64,000 nt of DNA from Guillardia theta CCMP2712 (lineage: Eukaryota; Protista; Cryptophyta): contig NW_005434602.1 of NCBI RefSeq assembly GCF_000315625.1, forward strand, positions 181,848 to 245,847. The letters run 5' to 3'. Below, one piece after another: positions 20,301 through 33,299 of this stretch. The number at the start of each line of letters is the position of its first letter. Positions within the stretch are counted from its first letter, which is position 1. A program made the translations under genes and the position numbers. Under the pieces are notes generated by a model, which was given only the letters and a program-made list of their open reading frames with translations, was not told the origin of the DNA and ran no database searches.

Positions 20301-23300
20301 AGACGATGGCCATCGAGACTTTCTTCAGAAACTCGGAGGACGTGCAAGGCGTCACTTCATCTGCGAAGATTTTGCCTGAGGTGATCGACCTCCTGATTGG
20401 AAGCCTGCACACTTCTTCTGCGTTTCTTTTCTCTGCCTGGTCTCTCTGCATCGATCGGTGTATGTCAGATTATCCAAGATTCAGCAGCCAGTGCGTTAAG
20501 TTGGGATTCCCTCTACCGTGCAGGTTTGAACAGTTGGCCTTGTACTTCATGCGATGTCATCTAACCTGCCTTGACAGCGAGCTACCAGCTATTCTACAAG
20601 ATGAGAGGAGCAGGAAGCTGAGAGATGTTAGGACGGAACTGCTCTCAGTGCTGCCAAGGCCAGAAGAGGTCAACTCCTGGCTCCTCGACATGCAAGCATC
20701 TGTCGCTATCACCATGGGGAATTCAGAGATAGTAGGGGACAGTCATGCGAACACTCTTGTGTCATTGGCAGGACAAATCTTCAATCAGATGGCGGTGATC
20801 AGAAGATTGTTAGGGGAGAAGGCAAACGAAGGGACAGAGATGTCAAAGAACGCAGTAGAAAAGCTCTCGATCCTCATGGCCCAGTACTCGGTCGATTGCC
20901 GCCTGCAACATTTTCTGTCGGGCGGTCAATCGGAGGCTCTTACAAGGTGAGCTCAACTCTCCCCCCCCCGCTCTCAGACTGGCTGATGACTCTTTTTCTA
21001 CTCGCAGTATTTCCTCAATCGTCGAGGACTATCAAAACTTGATTGATGTCTCCAAGATGCACAGGATTGACCTTCTCTTGGACTCAGTTCAAGCTCAGGA
21101 CATGAGCCTGGAAGGATCGGCCTGCGATGTTCTTCATGAAGCCTTCAATACCCTCCAGGAGATCGTCGTCGACTCCAAGCGCTGCTCCTCCTTCGTCTGG
21201 TTCTACTTCGACTCAAGTTCAAGAACGGGGACTACGTCTCAGAGTGTCTTGCTGATCGAACTCGCGTCGACAAAGGGAAACATCTTGTGCATCCTCGACG
21301 TTCTAAATCGGGCAAAGTCTCTTCCCATTCTCAGGAGAGTTGTCAAGTTGTTCAGATCGATCCTTGAAAATCCTGCTGCTGCATCGCTTGCACGTTCGAA
21401 ACCTGCAGTTCGAAGAAAGATTGCAGAGGTAAGAGGTCATAGAGCGACAACCTTTGACTCTCTGACTCGGGATACAGTACTTCACATCTCTTGGCAAGAA
21501 GCAGACCAAGAGGCTGCTAGAGAAGCTCCTGCTAAACTCCTCAAACTCTCCAGACAGGTCGGCAGTCGCCGACTCAAATCATGGAACCGCCCAGGATGCG
21601 GCGATGCTGAGAAGATCTACTTTGAGGCTTTTTGCCCTCGTTCTCGATGGTGTCGACGAGAGCATCGAGCAGGTTTTATGTTTCTGGTTGTTCACAAACG
21701 GTGTAACTTGATGAGAGCAGTTTGAAAACATCTTGCTCGATGCGATGTTTGACTTGATACCGAAGATGGTCAAGTGTCCTAAAGCCGTCGTCCGTGAATG
21801 CTTTGCTGGAGTCAAGTTTGTTTGCTTCCGGCAATCGCAGAGTCGGGTCGAACAGATGATCGACTTGATCGTAGACTCTCTTGGCTCGTCTCAAGATCTC
21901 GGAACACCCGAATGCGCTGCGAACCTTGCTGACATGCTCTCTAGCCTCATTGCCTCGTTGCAATCCAGTTCTCGACAACCTTTCTCGGACCTGGTTTGCT
22001 CAATCTCTCTCGATTTTGTGAAAATGACAATTTCATAGGGGTCAGTGACCTCTGGCCAAGTCAGGGCCTCAGACACCCTCTCAACTGTAATTTCCTTCCT
22101 TCCTCCTCTCTCTCTCTCACTCTCTTCTTCCCCAGGTCTCTACGTCGTCGGAAGTCTCCAACGAAGGAGGCATGTCCTACACCTCACGCGGAGAGTCGAC
22201 CGTTGCCACCAGCGCCATCACGTACATCTCCAGCACAGGGCACATGGACCCCGATGACTCATCAGCGGTGCTGCACGTGCACTTGCGCGTCTTCCCGTGT
22301 GGTGACTTGTCCTCTTGTTCTGGTGTACGCAGGTTGGCTCCCATATGGACTGTGCGAGCATTGACATGGATGGCGATGCCGGCTCTGTAGAGGACGACGA
22401 AGACAGCCTCCGAGAGTGCCAGCCTCTCATGGAAGAAGAAGTTCGTGAAGTAGACTCTTTGTACTTGTTGACGCTAAGAGACTTACAGCAGGAGGAGACG
22501 GCAGAAGAGTCAGACAAGCGGCTTGCCTCCAAGGTTTGCACTTACATCAAGACGTCCAACACCTTCTCCGAGCAGCATTGGTACCACTGCTGGACTTGTG
22601 GGCTAGTCTTTCAGGAGGGATGTTGTGCCGTCTGCGCAAAGGTCCGCGATATCGCTGACGGGTTGCGCTCTGTCCACTGACCCCTTGGCAGGTCTGTCAC
22701 AGGGGGCATGACGTCACCTATTCTCGCTACTCGAGATTCTTCTGCGACTGCGGAGCTGGGAAGCGAGCTGGGCACACTTGCAGCGCCCTTGCGCCCCGGG
22801 AGAACGATTCGGCTTCACCGAATGGCCAGCTAGAAAGCAACTCGGGCAACGTGACAAGGAGCGCAGACGTAGCATCCTCAGGGCGAATGGATTCACAGGA
22901 GGAAGACGCGGAGCTGAGCAACTGGATCTCCGAGTGTGATCGACTGCCAGGGCAGCTGACGAGGCAAGTGAGAGAGTCGTTGCTGCACAAACTTCGATGC
23001 AGCCAGGTAAGAAGTCTTGTCATTGTTGAAGCGTCTGACGAGGATTCTGTCAAGGTCTCACAGTCTCTCACAAGGATCTATGACAACCTGGTTGCAACCA
23101 TCGAGTCAAACGACTGCGGGTTGTTGAGAGATGCTGCTGAGCTGAAGGAACTCAAGGTTTCCTTCAGCCAAGAGAACAAACAGATCCAGCTTCGCAGGTC
23201 ACTCAAACCAGGGAGTTTCTCTACTGTTGGGTTGGGACATCTAACGGCCACGACGGTCTGCGGGGAGGAGGATGCGGCGAACAAGGATAGCATGTTCGAT

Positions 23301-26300
23301 GCTCGAGGACAGACTCGATCGGAGGAACGATTCTCCTTGCTGAGTCTGACTACCACTGGGATGATCGTCCTGGTTGACGGCGATCAGTTTGTGGTGGTGG
23401 ATGGGAGGAAAAAGCTCTTGGAGGCGTCCAGCACCTCCTTCGGCATGGAGAAGGCAAGCGTCAAGATCATTTCCAAGGCTTCAGTTTCGTTTCCTATCTT
23501 CCGTCTATCCTGCAGCTTCTCCACTGCTCGCTATGTGGCAGCGGCTGGCAAGTGCAGCGTGATGAACTTTGAGCTCAGTCCCTCCGGGAAGGTTGTAGGA
23601 TCTCAAACCTTTGACTTGCCAGACTGCAAGGGAACGGAAGAGTTCCGCATCGTTGACGTCATGTGGTTGCCGACCATGGAGACTCACTTGCTCGTCGTCA
23701 CGACTCGCTTCTGTCACATCTTCGATGTCTCCAGCTCTTCTAGCGATCCTCTCCTCTCCATGGCTGACTCTGAGGGAGAAAGACTCAAGGGAGCCACGAT
23801 CATCCACAGCTTGTCCTCAACGACTCTTTTAGTCTTGACTGACACTGGAGTCGTCAAGTCTTGTGACCTTCGTGTTGATTCTAGCCAGACTGGTTTGACT
23901 CTGCCGATCGACAAAAGGCTGGAGTTTCCGGCTGAGCTCAGCTCTCGTCGTTGCCGCGCCATGTTCTTCTCCAACAGAAGTCGCCTCCTCCTGTGCAGCT
24001 TCGATTCACACGAGCTGCTCGTTTCCACCCTGGACAGCGACGACTCTGCCCTGAAGGAGCATCAGACTCTTGACTTCAAAGAGTACAAGATGATCCCCGA
24101 CCGCTTCGTTGACGTGGGACACACTTGGGGTCAAATCCTCGTCGCGACTGACTCAGGAGCAGCTGGAGTGCTCCAGATCGGCAGTACGATCCGCTTCTCC
24201 TGGTTGCAGTATGGCTCGGGCTCGTCAGCCCAGGTGGTTGGGATCAGTCAGTGCACGTGCCTCCGTCCCAGCCTACCTGGTATGCTCCTTCTTAACGACG
24301 ACGGCAGCTTGCAGAGTTGGATCCTGTCGGATGCCAGCACGAAGGCTAGTGATAGCAGCACGAGTGTTGAGGAGGAGACAAGGGGGGCGAGCAAGGTTAC
24401 TTTTCCTATCGACTTCTTTGAGAAGGGAGTCTGCATCACGCAGAAGGTCAAGATCAGTGGGGACGGGAACCGAGGTCCTGTCGAGGTGAACAGAAAGCTC
24501 AACGGGTCCAACGAGCCTCTCATCAGCTCTCAGATGGATCAGATGAAGATCGTAGTCCAGAACTCAAACCCTGAGTTCTGTATGATCGGCTTCTTGGTGC
24601 TGGTGGGAGACGCGCTGATGAACAATATCCCCTCTGAGTTCCATGTGCACGACCGAATCATTGAGACGAAGCCCGGGGTCAAGAGATGGTATCCCGTGCC
24701 CTTCACTAACGATGAGATCCTCAACTCAGACAAGGAGGTTGTCCTCAGTATCGTTGGCTGCCACAGCCCTGGTAATCCTCCGGCCATCGATCAACTTGAG
24801 GTGTACGGAATGAGAAAGGACAAGTTTGGGTTCAACGAGAGGCAGAAGCGACAGATGCAGCTGCTTGCAATGAAAGAGAAACCAAGGAAAGCGAAGCGGG
24901 CAGCATCGAGGTGCTCGGATCCTCTAGAGAAGACTTCAATCTCCATCCTGAACTGTCTTGCTGTCCATTGGTCCGTCGGCGGTTTGCAATCGCTGGAGCG
25001 GGACTTTCAGAAATGTAGAGAGAAATTTTTAAGCGAACTGCCGCAGACACTCCTGCAACGCCGGCCCATCTCTATGAGGCCTGCGCTCAAACGGCTTCTC
25101 AAAGTTTTGTTCCCCTCCAAAGATGTTTACTGCGAGTCAAAGGATCAGGTGAGGAGGAACTGAGAGGCATCCCTGGTCTGATTGACTTGCTGTGAAGGTA
25201 CAACTGCGATCATTCGCAGAAGTCTTCGACAAGATCGGAAAGAACGATCTTGCTGCCCTTCAAAATCTCTCAGCTTCGAATTTCTCTCTCTTCTCCGGCA
25301 TCGTCTCTCGTGTCCTTGCCCGCAGGCCGAACCACTTTGGCTCCATCATGCAGAGCAGGCCGAACTTCCTCGACAACATGGTGATGGTTACCACGGAGTA
25401 CATCCGTTTTTGATGACGATGCAGGTGAAATGCTTTTGGATGATTTTTGACACGCCCAACTGGCAACTTCCACCGGAGTTGGAGCCCTCGACGGATTCTT
25501 TCATCAGCGCCATGCATAGCTATGCGTCTCACCTCATTCAGCTGGCTCTTCTCAACCTCAAAGGGCCCGTGAAGCTGAATGCAGGCTGCAGCATCTTCAG
25601 CTCCAACAGTCCGTCGCTTGAAAACTTCCGCAAGATCGTCGAATGCCTCATCTATGGCCTTCAGTGTCAGTTCCCTCGCATCAGGTACAACTTCTGTCAG
25701 CACATAGAGCTCCTTGCTGCGGGTTCGAGCGATTCAACAAACACGGAGGTGACTTCACTTAACGCCCAATGCAAAGTGCTCATCTTGTCCTACAGGTCCA
25801 CTTCGAAGACGCGAACCAGACTCACGATCATACTGACCCTCTCAGGCTCGGCCCGATGTACTGGGAGGAATGCATTGTTTCCGATCAGGTCCTGGAACAG
25901 GATGGACAGTCTTCCATCGTGTACTGCTGTGACAAGTGCGGACTTCAGCCTGTTGTTGGGACCCGATGGCACTGCAGGGTCTGTAAAGACTTTGACTTGT
26001 GCAACAACTGTTACCAGGGGATCAGGGAAGCAGGCAATCTTCATGACTCGTCGCGAAGCCCAACAGACGTCTGGTTGTATCCCGCGAATGTTGATCCGAC
26101 AGACGAAGAGGCTCTTCTCAAACTTGCCATCTCATTGAGCTTGGAGGTCGAACAGCCAAGATCCGTAGATTTCTTCTTTGCCTCAGAATTTCTCTATGCC
26201 ATCTGCAAGTCGATCCCTTTGCTGTTCGATCGCGGTGGGGCCTGTTGTGTACCCACGTTCTACCTCGTCCTGAAGTTTGCCAACGGGAACCTGAGGGACG

Positions 26301-29300
26301 ATGGAGAGACATTGGCTGCGTTGTCGGAAGCCGTTTCCGACCACATCCTTACAAGAGAGGTGCTTTCTCCCACTCTCAACACAAGGCAGCTTCAGCCTTT
26401 CTGCTACTCCCTCAAGCTCCTCACTCACCTGGTGTCTGGTCCATCCAAGTCCATGGTGGGAAGGAAGAGCAGCGAGAAACTGACCGAGAAGACTCTCCTC
26501 TTGTGGCAGCCGAACTCAACCATCGGGCTCAACCCTGAGACCCTCAAGATCCTGTCGAGGGAGAAGTTCCTCTCCTTCCTTCATCGCTCGTTCGAAGCCG
26601 CGGTGGACGAGCTTGAGAAGAACGACTCTTCTGCTGTCTCCGAGCTGGAAAATCTCGGAGGCAAAGTGAAGTTCCTTTCGCCCTCGTGGCTGCTGAAGGA
26701 TTTCGATCGGTTGCACTCAGAAGATGGTGCAATCGACATTGGGCCAGAGGAGGAAGAAAAGGAGACGAGCGTCACCTCTGCTGTGGTTCGTATTGTGCCA
26801 TGCTCTACTCCTCGCGTCGGTCTTGACTGGTTGACAGGGTATCGTCGAAGTCATCGCCAACCTTGGCTATCGGCTCAACGCTTGTCAAGAGATCATTGCC
26901 ATGGCTGGTGGAAGCCCAGCAGAGCAGAGCCGGCTGGACGTGGTTGAACCCGTTGGGTGCGTGCAGAGTTCAGCGCTGGGCAAGGACTGGACTCGGGTAC
27001 TCTGCAGATGTCTGAACCTCAACACGGTTCCGACTGTTCGGAAAGCTGCGAAGAAAGTGCTGAAGCAGATCTGCGGAGCGGAGGAAGATTATCACGGGGT
27101 TGTTGACCTGGCAGTCATCCAGCAAGAGGTGAAGACTCTTCAGAGCATCTGCGTTGAGATCAAGAGGAGCAACGAGCTACCTCATAAGGATACGGTAAGA
27201 ACGACAATGGCGATCGAGAGCCTGTTGAAGATCGCCAAGTCGAGGGTCAGGAATTGGCAGAAGTACTGTAACGACAACACAGGGATCCTCGATTTTCTCA
27301 TGGAGATTCTTCCGGTGCTGCCGAATGAGGTGGTGGAGGGATGTATCAAGTTGCTGTCAGCTACTTTTTTGACCCAAGATAACAATTACAAGGAAGCAGT
27401 GGGAAGGGACGACTCCGTCAGACCAAAGGATGATGCGCAGATTGCTTCATCTCCTCCATCGGCACTTAAAAGTCAAAGAGTCGATGAGGGGTTGAACTTG
27501 GTGGCCGGGAAGGTTCTGACTCATCCAAAGTTCTCTTCCATTGTGCGGGAGAAAGCTCTAGAGGACGCAGCTTCCAGCATCCGGCAACAGGCTTGTGACC
27601 TCGTGCTTGGGTTATGGAAGCATGGATCCGCTCAGCAGAAACAGTTCCTGCTGGAGACTTTGATTTCTATGATTGACGTCTTGCCTTCTGTGGGCCAGAA
27701 CTGCAAAGAGTTCTTTCAAACCATGAAGCAATTGATATCCAAGGAGACGGAATTCGATGATTTGTTTGAGAGAGTGGCTCTAAAGATGTCCGAGCTTATC
27801 TGCAAGGGGCTCAACCAGATGGTCTGTCACCCGAACTCGTCCTTATATGCAATCTTGCACCAGTGCCTGGAAGTGGACGGATACTACCTTGAGAGTGAAC
27901 CTTGTTTGATATGCAACAACATCGAAGTTCCCTTCTCCCTCAGCAAGTTGGACCAACTGCAGGCTGAGTCCAAGTTCACCGACAGATGTCAGCTTGTCAA
28001 ACTCGTCAGCCCCCAGCTCATCCAGCGGTTCTCCGTCAGCCTCTCCGAGGTTCGACGCCTGAAGCTCGTCAAGTCCATCATTCTTTACTACAACACGAAG
28101 CAAGTCTCTGACGTCACCGAGCTGCGAGGCAAGTGGAACCTGTGGAAGAAAGCAGGGACCATAGATCTCGCAACGGACCAGCTTGAGGGTCATCTCGACT
28201 TAGCCATCCCCATCGTCGCCACCAACATCCAGATCGAGTTCGCTGACTTCCACGCCCAGGCCTCCTCGTCCAGTCAGCGCATGCTCTGCCCGAGATGCAA
28301 CCGGCCGGTCACAGACAGGCATGGAGTCTGCCGCTACTGTCGAGAAAATGCCTTTCAATGTCGACTGTGCAGAAACATCAACTACGAGAACCTCGATGCC
28401 TTCTTGTGCAATGAGTGCGGATACTGCAAGCACGCGCGATTTGACTACTCGCTCTACTGCAAGACCAGCCTGAGCGTTGAACCGATCATGGACGAAGACG
28501 ACAAGGCCAAGGCTGTACTGACTATGGAGCGAGAATCTGAGAACGCTTACAAGGCATTTCAAGACATCGAATCGTGTAAGAGAGCGCTGGAGGTGTTGTT
28601 CATGCCCCAGTTGAACGAGGGAGATGATGTGAGAGCGAAGAAGCAGGCAGCTCTTAGCGATGGAAACGTCCTGAACTTGAACCAGATCGCTGCGATCGCC
28701 AACCTGACAGGACAGTCAGTGGGGGGAGCTGTGTTTGGAGGTGTGAGCAAACAAATTCAAAGTGCGGCTGTCATCTACTTCAAAGATGCCAAATTCGCGT
28801 TTCAGAGCATGTGTAACAGTATGGAGATGTTGGCAGCTGTTCGGAAGAAGCTCACCTTGTTCCTCTCCCGTTCATCAAACTTCTCCAACCCCTCGACGTT
28901 CCCTGCGTTGTCGCTGATCTCAAGAAAGCAAGATCGCAGCTGCTACGGATGTGCTTCGAGCTTTGTGCTCTTTGCCATCGGGCTGATCGACAAGTTGTCA
29001 GAGAAGGATCGATGCCGGAGGATCTTCCGGGAGCGTCTAGTTCACGACCTGATTCACTCGGCCATTCACAACGGAAGCGCCAGCCTCAAGAGCGAAGCTC
29101 GACGCACCATCTGCCTTCTGATCAAGGACGACGACGATCTCACTATGGCTATGCTGTCTTCCATCCAGCACAAGATCGACCTCTGCCTCTCACACCATCG
29201 AGCTCTTGACCTCGAGAGCGTGCTCATCGATGACATGTCCCTGCTGATGGATTCCTGTCAGCTGATGGACGACTGCTGGGAGGTGAAGTACCGCAAGGTG

Positions 29301-32300
29301 ATGGAGATCCTCTTCGCATCTGTCGACAAGGCGGCGCATGTCACTGGCGTGGCCCAGGCAGTCATTCTGCCCGCCTTGCAGATCCTTGTCAGCCTCTGCG
29401 ACAACTCTCAAGAGGAGCGAGACAGTGAGGAGGACACTCTCCCAGCCGCCAACGGCCTTGACCTCCCGTCGGTCACCTATGCCCAGTGGCACAGTGGAGA
29501 GGCATCATACTCCAGCTGGAAGGAGCTGGGAACGGAGGAGAAGCGAGTCATTCACCTGCAGCGCAAGTACGGGTACCGTTGGCTCTCCCTCCTCCATGGC
29601 CGGCAGAGGACGGATCTCCTATCTCGCAAGTGGGTCACCCAGCTCCTGCTCAACTCCTGCTCCCAGGCCGTGAGGTCGCTCAGCAGCTCCCTGCTGCTCT
29701 CTGTCGTGCGACGGGACAACTTCCGATCCATCGTCCTCCTCGAGCTGCTCTCGGGGCTCCTCAAGGAGGCGGCGGCCTGCCGAGGGCGAAGTGCGGAGCT
29801 GTTCGGCCTCTTCTCGAAGCTCTTGCAGGACGACAGCAGGAAGATGTACCTTGCCAAGAAGGGCTTCATCCCTTCCCTGTGTGCTCTCATATCCAATGAG
29901 GTAGAGCGCATCAGGCAGCTGGAGATCTCCTGCTCGGCGGACATCTCGGAAGGGCAGGTGCTGAAGCATCTGTTGGATCTCCTCGTCTCCCTCCTGGATG
30001 TCCCGATCATCCGCAACCGGTTCAAGATGACCGACAACCTGCTGGCTGAAATGCTCGACAACTTCCTTCATGTCCAGAGCCTCATCGTCCAGAAGACGAA
30101 GCTCACCGACGACTGCGCTCAGCTCCTCCTCTCCACCTTCATGTCCATCTCCTCTGAGTCCGAAGCCGACCAGAAGCGCTTCTGCCTTGCTTGCGTCAGC
30201 GCCCTTCGCCACCACCGTGAAGGAAGGACTCCCGTCTTCCTGCTCCAGCAGCTCTGTAACATCATGTGCCCCACCAAACCTGAGCCGACCTACTGGCTGA
30301 TCCTCACCAAGTCCCCGACGCAAGAAGAGTTCATCCGAGGGAGCATGACCAAGAACCCCTACTGCTCCGTGGACATCGGGACGACTATGAGAGATGTCAA
30401 GCGCAAGATCTGCACGGACCTTGACCTCGGGGGTCTGATGGAGGACGAGAACGGGATGGAGCTGCTGGTTCGGGGCAACATCGTCAGGCTAGACCTGCCC
30501 ATCAGCCTCGTCTACGAGCAGGTCTGGCGTCCGACCTTGCCGGAGAGTTCAGATAGTCCGATGGAAGTGATCTACCGCCTGCAAGGCCTCGACGGGGAGG
30601 CGACGGAGCCCATCGTGGAAGCTCTTCGTGATGCAGATGCGAGCAAGCAGGAGGACCCGGAAGAGGAAGTTGCAATGACGGCGCTCATGAACGAGACGGG
30701 AGGGCTGCAGGTCCTGCTGGACAGAGTGAAGGAGATTGACCTGTCCTCGGCGAAATCGGAACTTGAGCCCTTGCTGCTCCGGCTGCTCCATGCCTGCTGT
30801 AAGCTGAGGATGAACAGGGTCGCAGCCCTGAAGCTGGGAGCCGTTGACATCGTCCTCTCTCGCGTCTGCATCGTCCTGCTGGAAGAACCGATCCCTCCGT
30901 CCGCCGAGACCATGCTCCTGATCCTCGAGTCCCTCGTGCAGGAGGCGAACATGGGGAGCCCGGCTGAGTCAGAGCATGCGGGTGACGTGTCGGTGAACCA
31001 GGAAGACAACTTCAAGTTGCTCCTCTCTCGCCTCGGCTCTCACACAGTCCGTTGCCGCCCCGGCATCACCAACACTCTGGCTCGCATCTTCCCCTTCCTG
31101 ACCTACAGCAGGGTCTCGCTCATCAAGTACCTCGTGCAGTGCTTCCTCCCGCACGTCAACGTCATCCTCCCCATCACCAAGATCGCCGAGGAGTCGTCAG
31201 ACCTGATCCCTCCCGTCCAGCCCATCGTGGGACCTCTGGAGCGAGAAGAGCACGAGGCTTACGTGGATTGCCTCGTCTCGATTGTCCAGCGGATGGGACA
31301 AGAGTCGACGGCTTGCTTGTTGAGGGAGGAGCTCACCGCGAGGGGGGTCGTCGTCGCGCTGACTGACTTCCTCCTCACCATCCTCCCGAGCGAGTCGGTG
31401 GACAAGGACGACGCCAAGTGGCGCGAGGCGATCGACTCTGTTGAGCTCCCGCGCGTCCTGAAGCTGCTCACGGGCATGATCCGAGGATACGACGTGGCTC
31501 AGCTCTACGTGGACGGTAGCGGGATCTTGAAGCGCGTGCACATCATGGAGGACATGTCGTCGGACAGGAGGATAGGGTCGCTGGCAGAGGAGCTGCTGGC
31601 GTCACTGGCAGAGAAGAACGCCGAGCTGCAGGTCAAGGTTGAGGCCCTGAGGCAGGAGACCGCGAGTAAGAAGCGCGAGCTCGCTAAGGCGCAGCGGGAG
31701 CGGCTCCTGCAGGAGATGGGGCTCGCTCAAGGCAGCAGTTCCAACTTCAACGAGCAGGCCAAGGCCATGGGCTGGGCTGCGGACGAGCTCGAGGAGGAGG
31801 ACGGTCTCATGTGCATCATCTGCCATGAAGGGTTCCGTTACAAACCCGAGGACGTGCTCGGCATCTACGTGCTTAACAAGAAGACAACCATCTCCTCGGG
31901 TTCAGCTGCAGTCGCTGGGGCAGCCCAGGGATCTCCCAACCGAGGCGCCTCGGCGAGTCGGACGGACCGCTGCTTCACGACGGTCTGCAACATGAGCGTC
32001 GTCCACATGAGCTGCCACCAGCAGGCGACGAGGGCGGAGAGAAACATGAAGGTGCCGCGCATGGAGTGGGAGGGGGCGACTCTGAGGAACCAGAACACCA
32101 AGTGCAACAACATCCTGCCGATCCGAGGCCCTGCCACCCCCTCCCACATGTTCACCGAGCACGCGGAGAAGTACTGGGCGACCCTTGCGCAGCTGGGAAG
32201 GCACGAGGGCTCGCGTTTCCGAATGGTAGTCCATGACATCCGGCTCCTCCTCCTCCGACTGGCGTCAGGCGCCTCGTTCGCGACTGACTCCGGCGGGGGG

Positions 32301-33282
32301 TCGGCGATCAGCAACGTGAAGCTCGTGCCCTTCATGGTCCAGATGGGCTTCCACTGCCTCGGGGACGGGGCGAGCTCGACCTGGCGGCAAATCTCTTCCT
32401 CTCTCACCCGCTACGTGTCACAGACGAGCAGCGACGGCGTGCTGAGCGTGGTGGACGGGCCGGACTATCACCTGGTCTCGACCCTCTGGTTCCCATCTTG
32501 CTGGCAGGGGAAGAGGAGCTTTTTCCTCTCCTGCCTCCTGCGACAGGCGCTGAGGGGACTGCCGGACTCCTCCCTGCAGGGAGAGAGCTGGGAGGAGTCG
32601 CCGGAGGTCTTTGCGCAGTGCCGGTTGCCCTTCATGCTCTTTGCGCTCGTCTCCCGCCTTCACGAGATGCTTTACGAGCTGCCAGGAGGCTCCAGGGCTG
32701 TGGAGGATGGAGCGTTGACCAGCGAGCGATGGGTGTCAGAGACCGACGGGATGCAGGGCAAGTTAAGGAATGATCATGAGCAGCTACTGGCTCAGTTCGA
32801 ACAGCTTGTAGAATTCAATGAGCAGGTCCCTTGCCCACATATCCCTCACTGCTATCCTCCACCCTACCTCGCTCCCTCCTCCTTCTCTTAACCCCATCTC
32901 TCTTCTCCTTCCTCGCATCCTCCTCTCTTCCTCTCTCCCTGGCTGTCCCTGTCCCCTCGCTCCTCACTCGCTTCCTTGCAGGAGCTCTCGCCGTGCGAGT
33001 CGCTCATGGAGCTGCTGGACGTGGCTGACAGTCTCAAGGTCTTGACGCCTCTTCTCCGACGAGTCGTAACTCGATGACAGGACGTCAACCCACCAGGGGA
33101 TCTCAAGACTTGGATGCGATCAGTCGGTGAGGGAGAGGAGAGGGAGCGAGGGGAGAGACGAGGAGGAGAGCATGACGGGGGGCGAGGCGAGGGAGGAGTG
33201 GAGGTGGGGGGAGGAGAGAAGTCAGGAGGGGAGAAGGACGAGGTTCTCTGTCCCCTCACGCTTTCTCGCAGCATCGCAATGA
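17376..33282 (+). CDS. UBR4: Giant UBR4/BIG/p600-like E3 ubiquitin ligase (~5000 aa, multi-exon)
   Basis: UBR box CTYIKT...[41 protein letters not shown]. ZZ finger CCDKCG...RWHCRVCKDFDLCNNCY. DGYYLESEPCLIC, CPRCNRPVTDRHGVC..CRENAFQCRLCRNINYENLDAFLCNECG, PTQEEFIRGSMTKNPY, YRLQGLDGEATE, CIICHEG...HMSCH...EWEGATLRN..TKCNNILP. Last exon ends at TGA 33280-33282. Confidence 0.95.
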
Positions 33283-33299
33283 AAGAGAAGTTGGTAGCT